Assembly: GCA_951406725.2 (NCBI GenBank) | Contig: OX597838.1 | Span: 12,214,001 to 12,278,000, forward strand | Direction: 5' to 3' | From: Octopus vulgaris | Lineage: Eukaryota | Length of the DNA: 64,000 bases | In this document: piece after piece, positions 42,364 to 57,281 of the stretch | Position numbering within the stretch: position 1 is the stretch's first letter | Layout of the letters: each line of letters opens with the position of its first letter | The notes under the pieces: generated by a model | Told to the model about the DNA's origin: nothing | The model's input: only the letters and a program-made list of their open reading frames with translations | Databases searched by the model: none | Translations under genes and position numbers: made by a program

Positions 42364-42803
42364 TATTTTTGTTATTTTTTATTTGCCCTGTCCGTGTGAG
42401 CTAACAGTCGTACTGGCTTTCATGGGAAACATGTATTTTTCGTGGTTGAAACCTTTTGGATTAACTGGTGCTAGAGTGATCAATATAGTGACCACTCTCT
42501 TATATTTATTTTGTGAAAATATTATAATATGTTATAAAATATTATAATAATCCAGGTTTCTCGTAGCACTAGGCCACTTGGTGTGGAATAAATATACTAT
42601 TAAATTAGTATCTAATTCTCTCACCCTTATTAATTAATTATAATTATGCTGCATTTATTTCTAAATGCTGTATTTGTTTTCCGTGAGAGTTTGGCGCGCT
42701 GTTGGTTGGGGCATTTGAATTATAACGTCCGATGTAATCAATTGAACCGCACGCGTATTTATCGTTATGGTAAAATCTGGCGTGTGATTGAGTGGATTTC
42801 ATC

Positions 42804-42897
42804 CAGATAGTCTTGGCTGAAGAGCTACAAATGGATTGTTGTAAGTAATATTACATTTAATTCATTAATAGCGAAACAATTGTCCCAAAATAATCTG
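42804..42897 (+). ncRNA. Type I hammerhead ribozyme, copy 3
   Basis: Identical motif; cleavage site at 42884. Confidence 0.85.
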
Positions 42898-43337
42898 TAT
42901 TTTTGTTATTTTTTATTTGCCCTGTCCGTGTGAGCTAACAGTCGTACTGGCTTTCATGGGAAACATGTATTTTTCGTGGTTGAAACCTTTTGGATTAACT
43001 TGTGCTAGAGTGATCAATATAGTGACCACTCTCTTATATTTATTTTGTGAAAATATTATAATATGTTATAAAATATTATAATAATCCAGGTTTCTCGTAG
43101 CACTAGGCCACTTGGTGTGGAATAAATATACTATTAAATTAGTATCTAATTCTCTCACCCTTATTAATTAATTATAATTATGCTGCATTTATTTCTAAAT
43201 GCTGTATTTGTTTTCCGTGAGAGTTTGGCGCGCTGTTGGTTGGGGCATTTGAATTATAACGTCCGATGTAATCAATTGAACCGCACGCGTATTTATCGTT
43301 ATGGTAAAATCTGGCGTGTGATTGAGTGGATTTCATC

Positions 43338-43431
43338 CAGATAGTCTTGGCTGAAGAGCTACAAATGGATTGTTGTAAGTAATATTACATTTAATTCATT
43401 AATAGCGAAACAATTGTCCCAAAATAATCTG
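43338..43431 (+). ncRNA. Type I hammerhead ribozyme, copy 4
   Basis: Identical motif; cleavage site at 43418. Confidence 0.85.
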
Positions 43432-43871
43432 TATTTTTGTTATTTTTTATTTGCCCTGTCCGTGTGAGCTAACAGTCGTACTGGCTTTCATGGGAAACAT
43501 GTATTTTTCGTGGTTGAAACCTTTTGGATTAACTGGTGCTAGAGTGATCAATATAGTGACCACTCTCTTATATTTATTTTGTGAAAATATTATAATATGT
43601 TATAAAATATTATAATAATCCAGGTTTCTCGTAGCACTAGGCCACTTGGTGTGGAATAAATATACTATTAAATTAGTATCTAATTCTCTCACCCTTATTA
43701 ATTAATTATAATTATGCTGCATTTATTTCTAAATGCTGTATTTGTTTTCCGTGAGAGTTTGGCGCGCTGTTGGTTGGGGCATTTGAATTATAACGTCCGA
43801 TGTAATCAATTGAACCGCACGCGTATTTATCGTTATGGTAAAATCTGGCGTGTGATTGAGTGGATTTCATC

Positions 43872-43965
43872 CAGATAGTCTTGGCTGAAGAGCTACAAAT
43901 GGATTGTTGTAAGTAATATTACATTTAATTCATTAATAGCGAAACAATTGTCCCAAAATAATCTG
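43872..43965 (+). ncRNA. Type I hammerhead ribozyme, copy 5
   Basis: Identical motif; cleavage site at 43952. Confidence 0.85.
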
Positions 43966-44266
43966 TATTTTTGTTATTTTTTATTTGCCCTGTCCGTGTG
44001 AGCTAACAGTCGTACTGGCTTTCATGGGAAACATGTATTTTTCGTGGTTGAAACCTTTTGGATTAACTGGTGCTAGAGTGATCAATATAGTGACCACTCT
44101 CTTATATTTATTTTGTGAAAATATTATAATATGTTATAAAATATTATAATAATCCAGGTTTCTCGTAGCACTAGGCCACTTGGTGTGGAATAAATATACT
44201 ATTAAATTAGTATCTAATTCTCTCACCCTTATTAATTAATTATACATTATATATACATATTTATAT

Positions 44267-44331
<65 letters not shown>

Positions 44332-45056
44332 GTATATGTATATATATACATACATACATAAGTTTGCTTGACGGGCCAACGAAACTTTCATACCCACGCA
44401 CTTATACACAGAGAGACGTACACACATATATATATACACGCAACACCACTCGTACACACATACACACACGTGCACGCACATACCGCACTCATATACTAAG
44501 ACACACATATGCTCATACAATCAGATATACACTCGCATATACATAACACTTACATATACACACCACTCTACCCTACTGCACTGTCTCCACCACCACCACC
44601 ACCAACAACGACAACAACAATAACAACAATAACAACGAGACCTGTCGAAGGGCGAAAGAGTTATTATGTGGACGACTGACATGCTAGAGATAGGAGCTAA
44701 ATATATTTCAAATCACGTAACTTTGCATCACGTATGAGAAATAGAGACATTTTGGGTAAAAGTAATCCTGGATGTCATCGGATCAACGGGGTGGTCACAA
44801 TTGGAGGTGCTTTATTCGATCATAGGTCTGCTGGATTATGTTTGACCGGGGGTTAAACAACAACAACAGCAGCAGCAATACTTGGAGAAACCATTTAACT
44901 TTGAGACTTTGTCTTTCTATCGTTTTCTCTCCCTACACACAGACACACACACACACACACATATATTTATATATATATATACATATAAATATATGTGTAA
45001 TATACATATATATGTGTCTTAAATATATATATTTATATATATATATATATATACAC

Positions 45057-45153
<97 letters not shown>

Positions 45154-45165
45154 TATATAAACATA

Positions 45166-45235
<70 letters not shown>

Positions 45236-45244
45236 TATATATAC

Positions 45245-45311
<67 letters not shown>

Positions 45312-45523
45312 ATATATAAGCACATATATCACTTGGCATACCTCCGTCCTCCACCCCATTATACATACAAATCGATAATCTTTCTTCCGCTGCCAAATTC
45401 TTCACAATCGCTAATAGATTCCTTCTCTGCCTTCTCCGCTCAAATTGCTTGCCTCCATTGGTCGATGTCACCTTCATTCTTCTCCTTCACCTACTTCTTC
45501 TTATAATGTATTATTTCAAAATG

Positions 45524-45554
<31 letters not shown>

Positions 45555-46153
45555 CATCATCATCACCACCATCATTATTAATATCGACATCGTTCGTCGT
45601 CGTCGTCGTCATCGTGCCTCGTCTTGTTCACCTTCGTCTTCGTCTGTCTCTTTCACCTCCCTATTGCTTTCTACTCCTCTCTTCTAAAACGTTTTCTTGC
45701 AAAGTCTCATTCCCGGTTATAAAAGGGTTGATTACAATAGCTTAATTCAAAGAAAGCTTTAATATATGAATAAGATATATAAATTGCTTCATTTCATATA
45801 TATACGTATGAATGTATGCAAGTATGTATGTATATAAATATGAATATATATATATAAGTAGATATTTATATATATATATATAAAATATATGCATACATAC
45901 ATATATGTACATACTTACATCTACATGTATATATATACATGCATATATATACATGCATATATATATATATATATATATATATGAGTGTGTCCTGTACTCA
46001 TATATGTATATATATATATATATATGCATGTATATATACATGTAGATGTAAGTATGTACATATATGTATGTATATATGCATATATTTTATTTATTTATTA
46101 TATTACTATATGACCGAACGCACGCGTTATTTCTATTTCTCTTCTCCAAGTTG

Positions 46154-46200
<47 letters not shown>

Positions 46201-46391
46201 TATACGTGTGTGTGTGTGTGTGTGTGTGGATGGATGGATTGATAGATGGATACATATTCACGTCAATAAAAGCCGTATTAAGATGACGCTGACTACATAG
46301 ATTTCCTTGTTTCAGAGATATTGACTAACTTGAGAAATGGATGAACTGTTGGACACATATATGACTGTTAGGCATGAAGGAATCTCTATGT

Positions 46392-46424
<33 letters not shown>

Positions 46425-46645
46425 CAGTAATCCGTCGCCATATCTCGCTTCACCTATCGCGGTTTATTATTTAAGCTTTCGCCGATTCCTCCACGATGTT
46501 GTTTTACATTTATGTTAAAATAAATATATAGAAATTATAACACTAAAAAATATATATACAGTTCAATATTGCTTCTACTTCGCGGATTTTGACCTCTCGC
46601 GAGGGGTTTTGGAACTTAACACATGCGATAGTCGAGGGATTACTG
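46425..46645. mobile_element. Tigger/pogo-like MITE
   Basis: Imperfect TIRs CAGTAATCCGTCG and CGAGGGATTACTG, followed by TA. Confidence 0.7.
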
Positions 46646-46675
46646 TATATATCTATCTATATATACATATATATA

Positions 46676-46972
46676 CAGGAGTTTGACAAAATAATAGAAA
46701 CACCTTAAAATTTCAAACAAATTCATTTTAATATGGGGTAGGACCACCTTTGGCAGTAATTACGGCTTGAATTCTACTAGGTATGGACTCGTACAAAGTT
46801 TGAATTGTTTCCAGAGGAATTTTTGTCCATTCTTCAGCTAAAAGAGTCTTCAGTTCTTGTAGTGATGATGATGGAGGATATCGACTCCTTACTTGTTTTT
46901 CTAAAATGCACCATAAATGTTTAATAATATTGAAATCTGGGGACTGTAGTGGCCAGATAGGATGTTCAACTT
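46676..46972 (-). mobile_element. Tc1 transposon 3' fragment with TIR
   Basis: WPLQSPDFNIIKHLW...SIPSRIQAVITAKGGPTPY; terminus TA-CAGGAGTTTGACAAAATAATAGAAACAC. Confidence 0.92.
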
Positions 46973-47519
46973 CATATGTATATGTATATATATATATGTA
47001 TATATGTGTGTGTGTGTGTGTGTATGATTCTACATGGAGTTTATTAAAGAAAGAGATTGCGCTTCCAGGGATGTCATACATCCAACCTTCTTCCGGTTTA
47101 TCTGTATATCTTTGACTTTACCGGAATTTGATTCTCATGTGTTTGTATTAGCGTTTAGTATACACAAGTAAAATACACATTATGGAGTTCCAATAGTCCG
47201 TATAGATGTTTCCATCTGATTCGATATTTGCGGACACAAATTTAGTAGTATAATAATATAAGAAAATGGAGGATTTGAATACACAAACTGCATTTTCTGC
47301 TATTATTATATAATTATACATATATATTATACACACATATGTATACACACGCACACGAGCGCGCGCGCAGATAGACAGGTAGATAGATACATACAGACTG
47401 AGGCATAAATAGTAGACAGAAAAACAGGTAGAATGACAGACTGACAGACAGATAGACAGATACATACATACATTGATAGGTAAACAGACAGACAGAAGAA
47501 TAGGCAGATAGATAAATAG

Positions 47520-47957
<438 letters not shown>

Positions 47958-48509
47958 GTAAAGTCTACAACTGTTGAGTGGTTTAGGCTGAGTCTTTAGA
48001 TGCTGAATACGCAAAGACAAAACGTAGATCTCCACTAAACAGATACAGAATATAGATAATAATTACACAGCTACAACGTATACATGTTTAGTGTGTAGCT
48101 ACTGTGTGTATATGTTTAATTGTAGAGGCGCAATGTGTGTATATTCTTGTTCTATACACAAAGATTGTATATTTGTTTATTCATTGCTCGTTTCTTGATT
48201 CCTGGCTTCGCAAACGTTGCCCTTTTTTATGTTTTTACTCCATCATGCCAGCCCCGTATAGATATAAGTTTCCAAAATAAGAAAAACACAAAAGACGATG
48301 AAAGAACAACAAACAAGGTGTATGAGGGGAAAATGGAAGAAGTCGTTAACGTTTTGAGCCTACGCTCTTCTTGGGAAATGATCTGATGTGAAGAGATGGC
48401 GAGAGAGAGAAAAAAAACACGGTTTGAATTAAACGGTCAATACGCATATACACTGCATGGAACCGTTAGGCAAGTGTCTTCCACTGTAGCCTTGAGCTGA
48501 CCAGAGCTT

Positions 48510-49145
48510 TGAGGTGGGGGGGGAAGAAGAGGAGCAGGAAGAAGAAGAGGAGGGGGAGAAGGAAGAAGCGGAGGAGGAGGAGGAGGAGGAGGAGGAGGAG
48601 TAAGAGGAAGAGGAAGAGGAAGAGGAGGAAGTGGAGGAAGTGGAGGAAGTGGAGGAGGAGGAGGAGGAGGAGGAGGAGGAGGAGGAGGAGGAGGAGGAGG
48701 AGGAGGAGGAGGAGGAAGGGGAGGAGGAAGGGGAGGAGGCAGATGAGGAAGGGGAAGAGGAGGAGGAGAAGGAGGAGGAAGAAGAAGAGGAGGGGGAGAA
48801 GGAAGAAGCGGAGGAGGAGGAGGAAGAAGCGGAGGAGGAGGAGGAAGAGGAAGAGGAAGAGGAAGTGGAGGAAGTGGAGGAAGTGGAGGAGGAGGAGGAA
48901 GAGGAAGAGGAAGAGGAAGAGGAAGTGGAGGAAGTGGAGGAAGTGGAGGAGGAGGAGGAGGAGGAGGAGGAAGAAGAGGAGGAGGAAGGGGAGGAGGAAG
49001 GGAGGAGGAAGGGGAGGAGGAAGGGGAGGAGGAAGATGAGGAAGGGGAAGAGGAGGAGGAAGAAGAGGAGGAAGAAGAGGAGGAAGTGGAGGAGGAAGTG
49101 GAGGAAGGGGAAGAGGGGAGGAGGAGGGGGAGGAGGAGGAGGGAG
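48510..49145. repeat. Polypurine (GAG/GAA)n compound repeat
   Basis: Almost purely G/A on the + strand. Confidence 0.95.
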
Positions 49146-49506
49146 TGCCTGAGGGCTTTATGCCCAAACATGTTCTCACGAACAGTGAAAGGAGAAGAAG
49201 GATGGATGATTACATGTACAAACGAAGAAGCATTTGAAAAAATCAAATTTGAAAAAATTAGAAAATAAATTAATTTTCCAATGTGACGCCGTTGTAAATA
49301 TATTTATATATATATTATATCATTGCTCTAAATCTGATTTTGTCTCCAGTTTTATTGATCACGCTGCTAAACTGCTCTGCACAAGACAAATACTTCGTTA
49401 TTATTTCTTTCTCTTCCTCTCTCAATCCCTCTCACTCTCCATTTCTCCCTCTCTCTCCCTCTCTCTCTCTCTCACTCACAATCTTCTTCACTCTTACATT
49501 ATATAT

Positions 49507-49555
<49 letters not shown>

Positions 49556-50276
49556 CTCTTTATTCCCATACCTCTGGTTCCCTTTCCTCTAAGTCCTACA
49601 CCTGTTTCACTCTCTCTCTCTCTCTCACTCACAATCTTCTTCACTCTTACATTATATATCCAACTCTCTCTCTCTCTCTTTCTCTCCTCTTTATTCCCAT
49701 ACCTCTGCTTCCTTTTCCTCTTAGTCCTACACCTGTTTCACTCTCTCTCTTTGATCTCATTCACTCCATATACTCCCACTCCAACTTTCTTCCACTTTCA
49801 TTCGCTCCCACTCTTCCCACTGTCCTTTCCTCTCCCAGGTATTTCCCACTCCCTTACTGCCCCCACCTCATTCTTACCCCCTTTAATTCCCTCAGTGTCA
49901 CACTATACTCTCCCCTCTCACACACACACATCCCGTCGTCCTCCTGCACCTCACTCTACCTGCAAAAACCAAACAAAATTAATCCTATTTGTCAACGGAG
50001 ATGCGGAGGCAAGTGTCAGGCTGAGACAAGAGTATTACGTCACACAGTTTAACGTACAAAGTGTTTTCTATGGCCGTTTCAATCTCTCTCTCTCTCTCTC
50101 TCTTACTATATATGTGTGTGTATGTGTGTGTGTGTGCATGTGTGTATGTGTCTGTATGCACATGTTTCTGTCTTTGTCTGTGTATGACTGCAAGCATGTG
50201 TAAGTGCGTGTGTAAGTTTGTACACATGCGCGCGCACACACACAGAGTGGGCGTGGGACTTACACATATGCACGTA

Positions 50277-50329
<53 letters not shown>

Positions 50330-50354
50330 CATATATATGCGCGTGTGTCTATAT

Positions 50355-51242
<888 letters not shown>

Positions 51243-51439
51243 AAAACTACGACGACTGTGAAGAGGATAGTTGGAGGATGAGAAGCCATTGTGGAGGAGG
51301 TTGATGGTTATCGCGAGATGGTGGCGGCGCTGTTTGTGTATGCGATGATGGTGATAATGATGAGTAGGAGGAAGAGAAGGAAGAAGAATGATGAGGAAAA
51401 GGGGAGGAGCAGTAAGAGGTTTATTGGCGATTCGGACCA

Positions 51440-51662
51440 TAAGCAGAGACTGAAGGTTTCATATTGGCAGCACAAGACCAAAGCTTACTCCAAAACAAAC
51501 TACCAAACGTTCTTCAAAATGGTTCTGACCTTAGATGGAGATTTTGCGGCACATTTGACGAAACAATAGACCATCTCATCTCTGGATGACCTGTGCTGAC
51601 ACCAAACGATGACAAAAACCGCCACGATAGGGTAGGACAGTATTTACATTGGAAAATATGAC
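51440..51662 (+). mobile_element. R4/Dong-like LINE fragment
   Basis: AETEGFILAAQDQSL...RFCGTFDETIDHLISG*PVLTPNDDKNRHDRVGQYLHWKI. Confidence 0.8.
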
Positions 51663-51674
51663 AGAATATTTTGT

Positions 51675-51880
51675 AAGCAGCAAGCGCTAACGATGTGAGT
51701 CACACTTTCAACCTTCTCACACATTCTGCAGAGGTTCGTTGTTGCACTCGTGAGGTATATGTCCCTTTTCACTGAAGTGGTATTCAATGCTTGACCCCAC
51801 ATAGAATTACATGGTCTGTTCCACTGCGAAAGTAACAACTTAAAGACATATTCAGGTGCATTTTCAGCTACAAATTTGCC
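51675..51880 (-). mobile_element. Second R4/Dong-like LINE fragment
   Basis: QALNTTSVKRDIY...CRMCEKVESVTHIVSAC, a CCHC knuckle. Confidence 0.7.
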
Positions 51881-52072
51881 TCTATATTGAGTGAGAAAAC
51901 GGTATGGACGATTTTTTGGAGTCTAATAATACCCAGTACGCCTATTTGATTATGAAGATTTACAAACATACTTTCCCAGTGATATTTAGTTTACCTACCA
52001 TTATAAATAATACCAAATGTTCTTTCTCAGACCTTTCATAATGTGATACGAGTCTTTGGTGTAGCAATTGCA

Positions 52073-52167
52073 TGTGGCTGAAGAGGGCTTTTAAACTATC
52101 TGTTATGTCGATTATACATTGATGTAAGAATAAGTTGTTTTATAAAGCTCGAAACATGTGTACCGCG
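52073..52167 (+). ncRNA. Putative solo type I hammerhead ribozyme
   Basis: TGTGG CTGAAGA GGGCTTT...AAAGCTC GAAA CA TG TG T A CCGCG; GUA site at 52162. Confidence 0.65.
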
Positions 52168-52224
52168 ACATCCTTTGTGTCCTGTTTTTCATTTTATTTC
52201 ATTTGATACATACATATATATATA

Positions 52225-52281
<57 letters not shown>

Positions 52282-52339
52282 ACATACATACATACAGGTA
52301 CACATGTATGTATGTATGTATGTATGTATGTATGTATGT

Positions 52340-52500
<161 letters not shown>

Positions 52501-53024
52501 CGAATATATGTGCTAAACCGTCATTCTTTCCACAAAATACAAGCTGTTTGGAAAATAATAATTGGTTATGTAATATTTGTTAGCGGTGGTTGCAAACGTT
52601 GGTGTTTGTGTTAGTGTTGGTGGAGGAGACAGTAGGTGCTGTAGTGGCGGTGGTAGGGTTGATGATGGTGGTGGCGGTGGTAATGGTGTTATTGGTATTT
52701 GAGCGGAGGGCTACAGGTAACGTTGATGGTATTGTTATGATGATGTGGTTGTTATTGTTGCCGCTGTTGCTGCTGCTACCGCTTGTTCTTGTGGTGACGG
52801 GGTTACTATTGATGTTGGCAATTGTAATGGGGCCCGAAGGAAATGGATATTTAGTCGTAGCGCAGGTAGTAGTAGTAGTAATAATAGTTATGGTGGTATT
52901 GGTGGAAGTTGTAGTGGTAGTATTAAGTTTAAAAAGTTAACTGGATGTGGAGAAAAGTTAATTAACTATTTCCCTTGTTTTCTTTTCAGGTGTGTGGATA
53001 TGTATATATATGTATGTGTGTGTG

Positions 53025-53055
<31 letters not shown>

Positions 53056-53076
53056 ATGTGTGTGTTTGTGTATGTA

Positions 53077-53120
<44 letters not shown>

Positions 53121-53141
53121 ATATATATATATATATAAATA

Positions 53142-53209
<68 letters not shown>

Positions 53210-53270
53210 TACTTAAAATTCTTTTTTAAATATACATATATATTTGTATGCATGTGAATGTATGTGTATG

Positions 53271-53327
<57 letters not shown>

Positions 53328-53351
53328 TTGTGTATATATATGTATATGTGT

Positions 53352-53484
<133 letters not shown>

Positions 53485-53984
53485 ATGTATATACAAATAC
53501 AAATACATACATACAAGACAGACGGACACACACACACATACACACACAGATGGACAGACAGACAGGCAGGAAGTAAGTGTTTACGTGAGCATGCGTGCAT
53601 GTGTTCGCAAGGGTTTGAGATTCTGCTTAGTGTGTATTTCCATGAACGTGTGTTTATGCGAGCGAGTGTCCATGTGTGTGTAAGCGTCTATGCGAGAGCG
53701 CGCATGGGATATTCAGACCTCAAGATAGGTGAAAGCTATGATATAATTGGATGACGCCACTTAAACCTTTAAGTACATACATTCTCATATCCTTACAAAT
53801 TAAAGAAAGCCCATCGCCTCCCTGGTTTATCAGATTACATATGCGTATATACATACGGACAAGCAGACATACACACACACACACATATACACGCACACAT
53901 ATACACACACACATACACACATACACATATTTATGTGTATGTATATATATATACACAAACATACATACAGGTACATATGTATGC

Positions 53985-54017
<33 letters not shown>

Positions 54018-54179
54018 TGTGGGTATGCATATATACACATGTACATGTGCATGTATATATATATGTATATATATAAATAGATACATATATATATATATAT
54101 GTGTATATATATATATATATATGCATATATACATATATATTTATATTTGTGTATATCTATCTATTATATATATATATAT

Positions 54180-54233
<54 letters not shown>

Positions 54234-54721
54234 CATTTATTTATGTATATATGTATTTATGTATATATTCATATTCATTCTATATATTTTATATCTACTC
54301 TTTCATATTTATGATATTATTTTTTTCATGTATATATTATTTTTTTTCATGTATATTATTTTTATACATTAAATGTATACCTTTATATATTTTTTATTCT
54401 TATTTCTATATATCTGTAGGTTTACATATTGCGTTTAATATTTTTACTTTTGTTGTAAGGCAAGAAGTCATTATTTAAGTTTTATTACATAAAAAAATAT
54501 GGCCACAATCATTCTTCCCATTCTTCTTGCTGTTATTGCTCGAAGAAGGATCGTGGTGGTGCTGTGGTTGCGACGGTGGTTACTGTTGTTGTCGTTGGTG
54601 GCGGAGGTAGTGGTGGTTGCGATAGTGATTGGAGGATAGTAGAGTCACCTTACTTTGCCTTTCATCCTCCTGGGATGCCGAGCCAGTCAAGTACCAAGCT
54701 TGTTTTAATTAACTACAAACA

Positions 54722-55140
54722 CCTATTTCTTTTACTACCCACAAGGGGCTAAACATAGAGGGGACAAAAAGGATAGACATAGGTATTAAGTCGATTACAT
54801 CGACCCCAGTGCGTAACTGGTACTTAATTTATCGACTCCGAAAGGATGAAAGGTAAAATCTACCTCGGCGGAATTTGCACTCAGAACGTAACGGCAGACG
54901 AAATACCTATTTCTTTACTGCCCACAAGGGGCTAAACACAGAGGGGACAAACAAGGACAGACAAACGGATGATTAAGTCGATTACATCGACCCCAGTGCG
55001 TAACTGGTACTTAATTTATCGACCCCGAAAGGATGAAAGCAAAGTCGACCTCGGCGGAATTTGAACTCAGAACGTAACGGCAGACGAAATACGGCTACGC
55101 ATTTCGCCCGGCGTGCTAACCTTTCTGCCAGCTCGCCGCC
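54722..55140 (-). mobile_element. SINE family B head-to-tail dimer
   Basis: Full copy plus a 184-bp headless copy joined at GAAATAGGTATTTCGTC. Confidence 0.92.
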
Positions 55141-55199
55141 TACAAACACCACCCCACACCTCACACACGCATGCACACTGTGCGTATGTGTGCCTCGAA

Positions 55200-56170
55200 C
55201 AAAATACATACGGTATTTGTTCTGGCTCTTTACACTCTGATTTCAAACCCCGCCGAGTTCAACTTTACCTGTCATCCTTTCGGAGACGATACATGAAAGT
55301 ACTGAGGTTGATGGAATCGGCAGATCTCCTACTCCTCAAAACTTTGCCTTAATTGGAAAAACACAGTTAAAATCCCGCAGAGGTTAACATTGTCGTTCAT
55401 CCTTCCAGGTTCGATAAGATAAAGTATCAATCAAGTACTGGAGTCGATGATATCGATTACCCTTCCTCATCCACGCAGATGTTGCTACTTCTGTGCTTAA
55501 ATCAGAAACAATTACTTGGTACAACACTTTACCGTCCGAGATCAAGTCCCGCCGAGGTCATCGATGCTTTTTCATAGTTCTGGAGTTGACATTGAAAAAC
55601 GGTGGATTGGCATAATTGCAAACGCGTCAGACAAAATGACTTGTGGTTTTTCTTCTGGTATTTTACCTTTCTGAGTTCAAATCTCGCTGAAGTCAATTTT
55701 TTCATATCTTCTTTCCGGGGTCGGTAAAGTAAAGTACCAGTCATATACTTGGGTCAAATACTTGGGTCAATATACTTGATGATTCCCTACTCACAAAACT
55801 TGAAGCCTTCCGACGAATGTCAAGAATAATGAAGGTTGGGAGAATGACAGAAGCGTGGAAACATTAGGCAACATTTTTTGCGGTAGTTGTACGGCACTTT
55901 ACGTTCTGAGTTCAAATCCCGCCAAGATCTACCTTGCCTTTCAACCTTTCGAAGTCGATAAAATAAAGAACCAATGAAATACTTGGGGCGATCGCATCGA
56001 TTAGCCCCTCCCTTCAAAATTGCTGGCATTATGCCTAAATTACAAACATTGTGAGGGAGTTGGCAGAATCGTTAAAGAATTGGAAGAAATGCTTTGTGCT
56101 ATTCCTGCCGGCTTTTACGTCCTGAGTTAAAATCTCATCAAAAATAATTTTGTCTTTCCCCTTTTGGGGG
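55200..56170 (+). mobile_element. Cluster of degenerate SINE family B copies
   Basis: Several diverged TTCTGAGTTCAAATC...GTCGATAA units. Confidence 0.7.
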
Positions 56171-56614
56171 TCAAGGGTATCTTCGATGGTGGTCTTGGTA
56201 GTAACGCCTCTTAGGCGTGATCTTTCTAGATCTAGTGGAGCCCATCTCTCTTCAGATCTGTCCGCAGCAAATTTCTTCCAGAAATAGAAGAGAGAAACAG
56301 AGACAGGAAAAAAAAGTGTGAGAAAGAGGAGAATTGAGTCCAGCTCTTTGATTTGCTCTTTATTTATCGACCACCAAAAAGGATGAACATGATTTGAGCT
56401 GAGGTGCGTTTTATCCAACACCTCTAATGACTCTTCCTCTTTGTTGCCCCAAAAAAGGCCCTCTCTAGGGCCTTCCACTTCTTCTTTGATTAGTAGGGGT
56501 TCCGTTGGGACATGCAAGATAATCTTGGACATGGCTTTTTAGACCTAGCGGAGACCATCCCTCTTCAGACCTAACCAGAGACAGATTCTTTCGGAAAAAA
56601 AGAGACACCTGACA

Positions 56615-56885
56615 ATTGCGTAGCTAGTGGAATGGGTTATGAGGCAGTCTTCCCCCAAAATGGCATTTTATCAAGGCGGCACTTTTGTCGGGGCGGTACA
56701 TTTGTCGGAACGCCATTTTTGTTGCGGCGGCACTTTTGTCAGGGCGGTAATTTTGTCAGGGTGGCACTTTTGTCGGGATGGCACTTTCCGATCTGCTGTA
56801 TATGCCTGTATTGATGGCTGAGAGTGAGGTGGAGGAGACAAACGTAAGGCTGCCTTGGGCGGCACACACACTGGCTATGCCACTC
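56615..56885. mobile_element. MITE-like element with an internal ~21-bp minisatellite
   Basis: Ends GCGTAGCTAGTG and CACTGGCTATGC; internal GGCGGCACTTTTGTC repeats. Confidence 0.55.
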
Positions 56886-57149
56886 AGATTGGGGAAAAAA
56901 AAGGAAGAGAAGAAATCCCAGGACTGAGTGGCACTTTATTTATCGACTATCGGAGGAAGGAAAGGCAAAGTTGACTTCGGCGGGACTTGAACTCGGAAAG
57001 TAGATAACCGGAACGATTTACCGCAAAGCAATTCATGCGATTCTCTTCATCTCTGCTAATTAACCGCCTTAAAGAGAAACATATTACAAGCAATCAAAAG
57101 AACCATTAAGAAGAGCAATCAATCGTTGGCCGCCCCAAAACCACTCCAC

Positions 57150-57161
57150 CAGCATCACCAA

Positions 57162-57230
<69 letters not shown>

Positions 57231-57249
57231 CATAATCATAATCATCATC

Positions 57250-57281
<32 letters not shown>

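Larger units (their letters stand above)
41434..44244 (+). mobile_element. Tandem array of ~5.25 x 534-bp non-coding units; candidate retrozyme / Penelope-type repeat
   Basis: GTGAAAATATTATAATATG recurs at 41446, 41979, 42513, 43047, 43581 and 44115; units nearly identical; one hammerhead per full unit; no ORF. Confidence 0.85.

Noticed and set aside
41434-44244. CRISPR array or telomeric satellite interpretation
   Set aside because: Units are wholly identical with no unique spacers, there are no cas genes, and the context is eukaryotic
48437-49246. Pro-rich, Glu-rich or Arg-rich protein
   Set aside because: A (GAG/GAA)n tract that is open in most frames
49450-49760. ~150-bp CT-rich local duplication (similar case at 28395-28670)
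   Set aside because: Ordinary slippage duplication in low-complexity DNA
52590-52940. Hydrophobic membrane-protein-like ORF
   Set aside because: Degenerate (GGT/GTT/GAT)n low-complexity sequence with no ATG start
56035-56532. 165-aa minus-strand ORF
   Set aside because: Runs into a SINE, has no recognisable domain and is probably a retroelement scrap; not supportable as a gene
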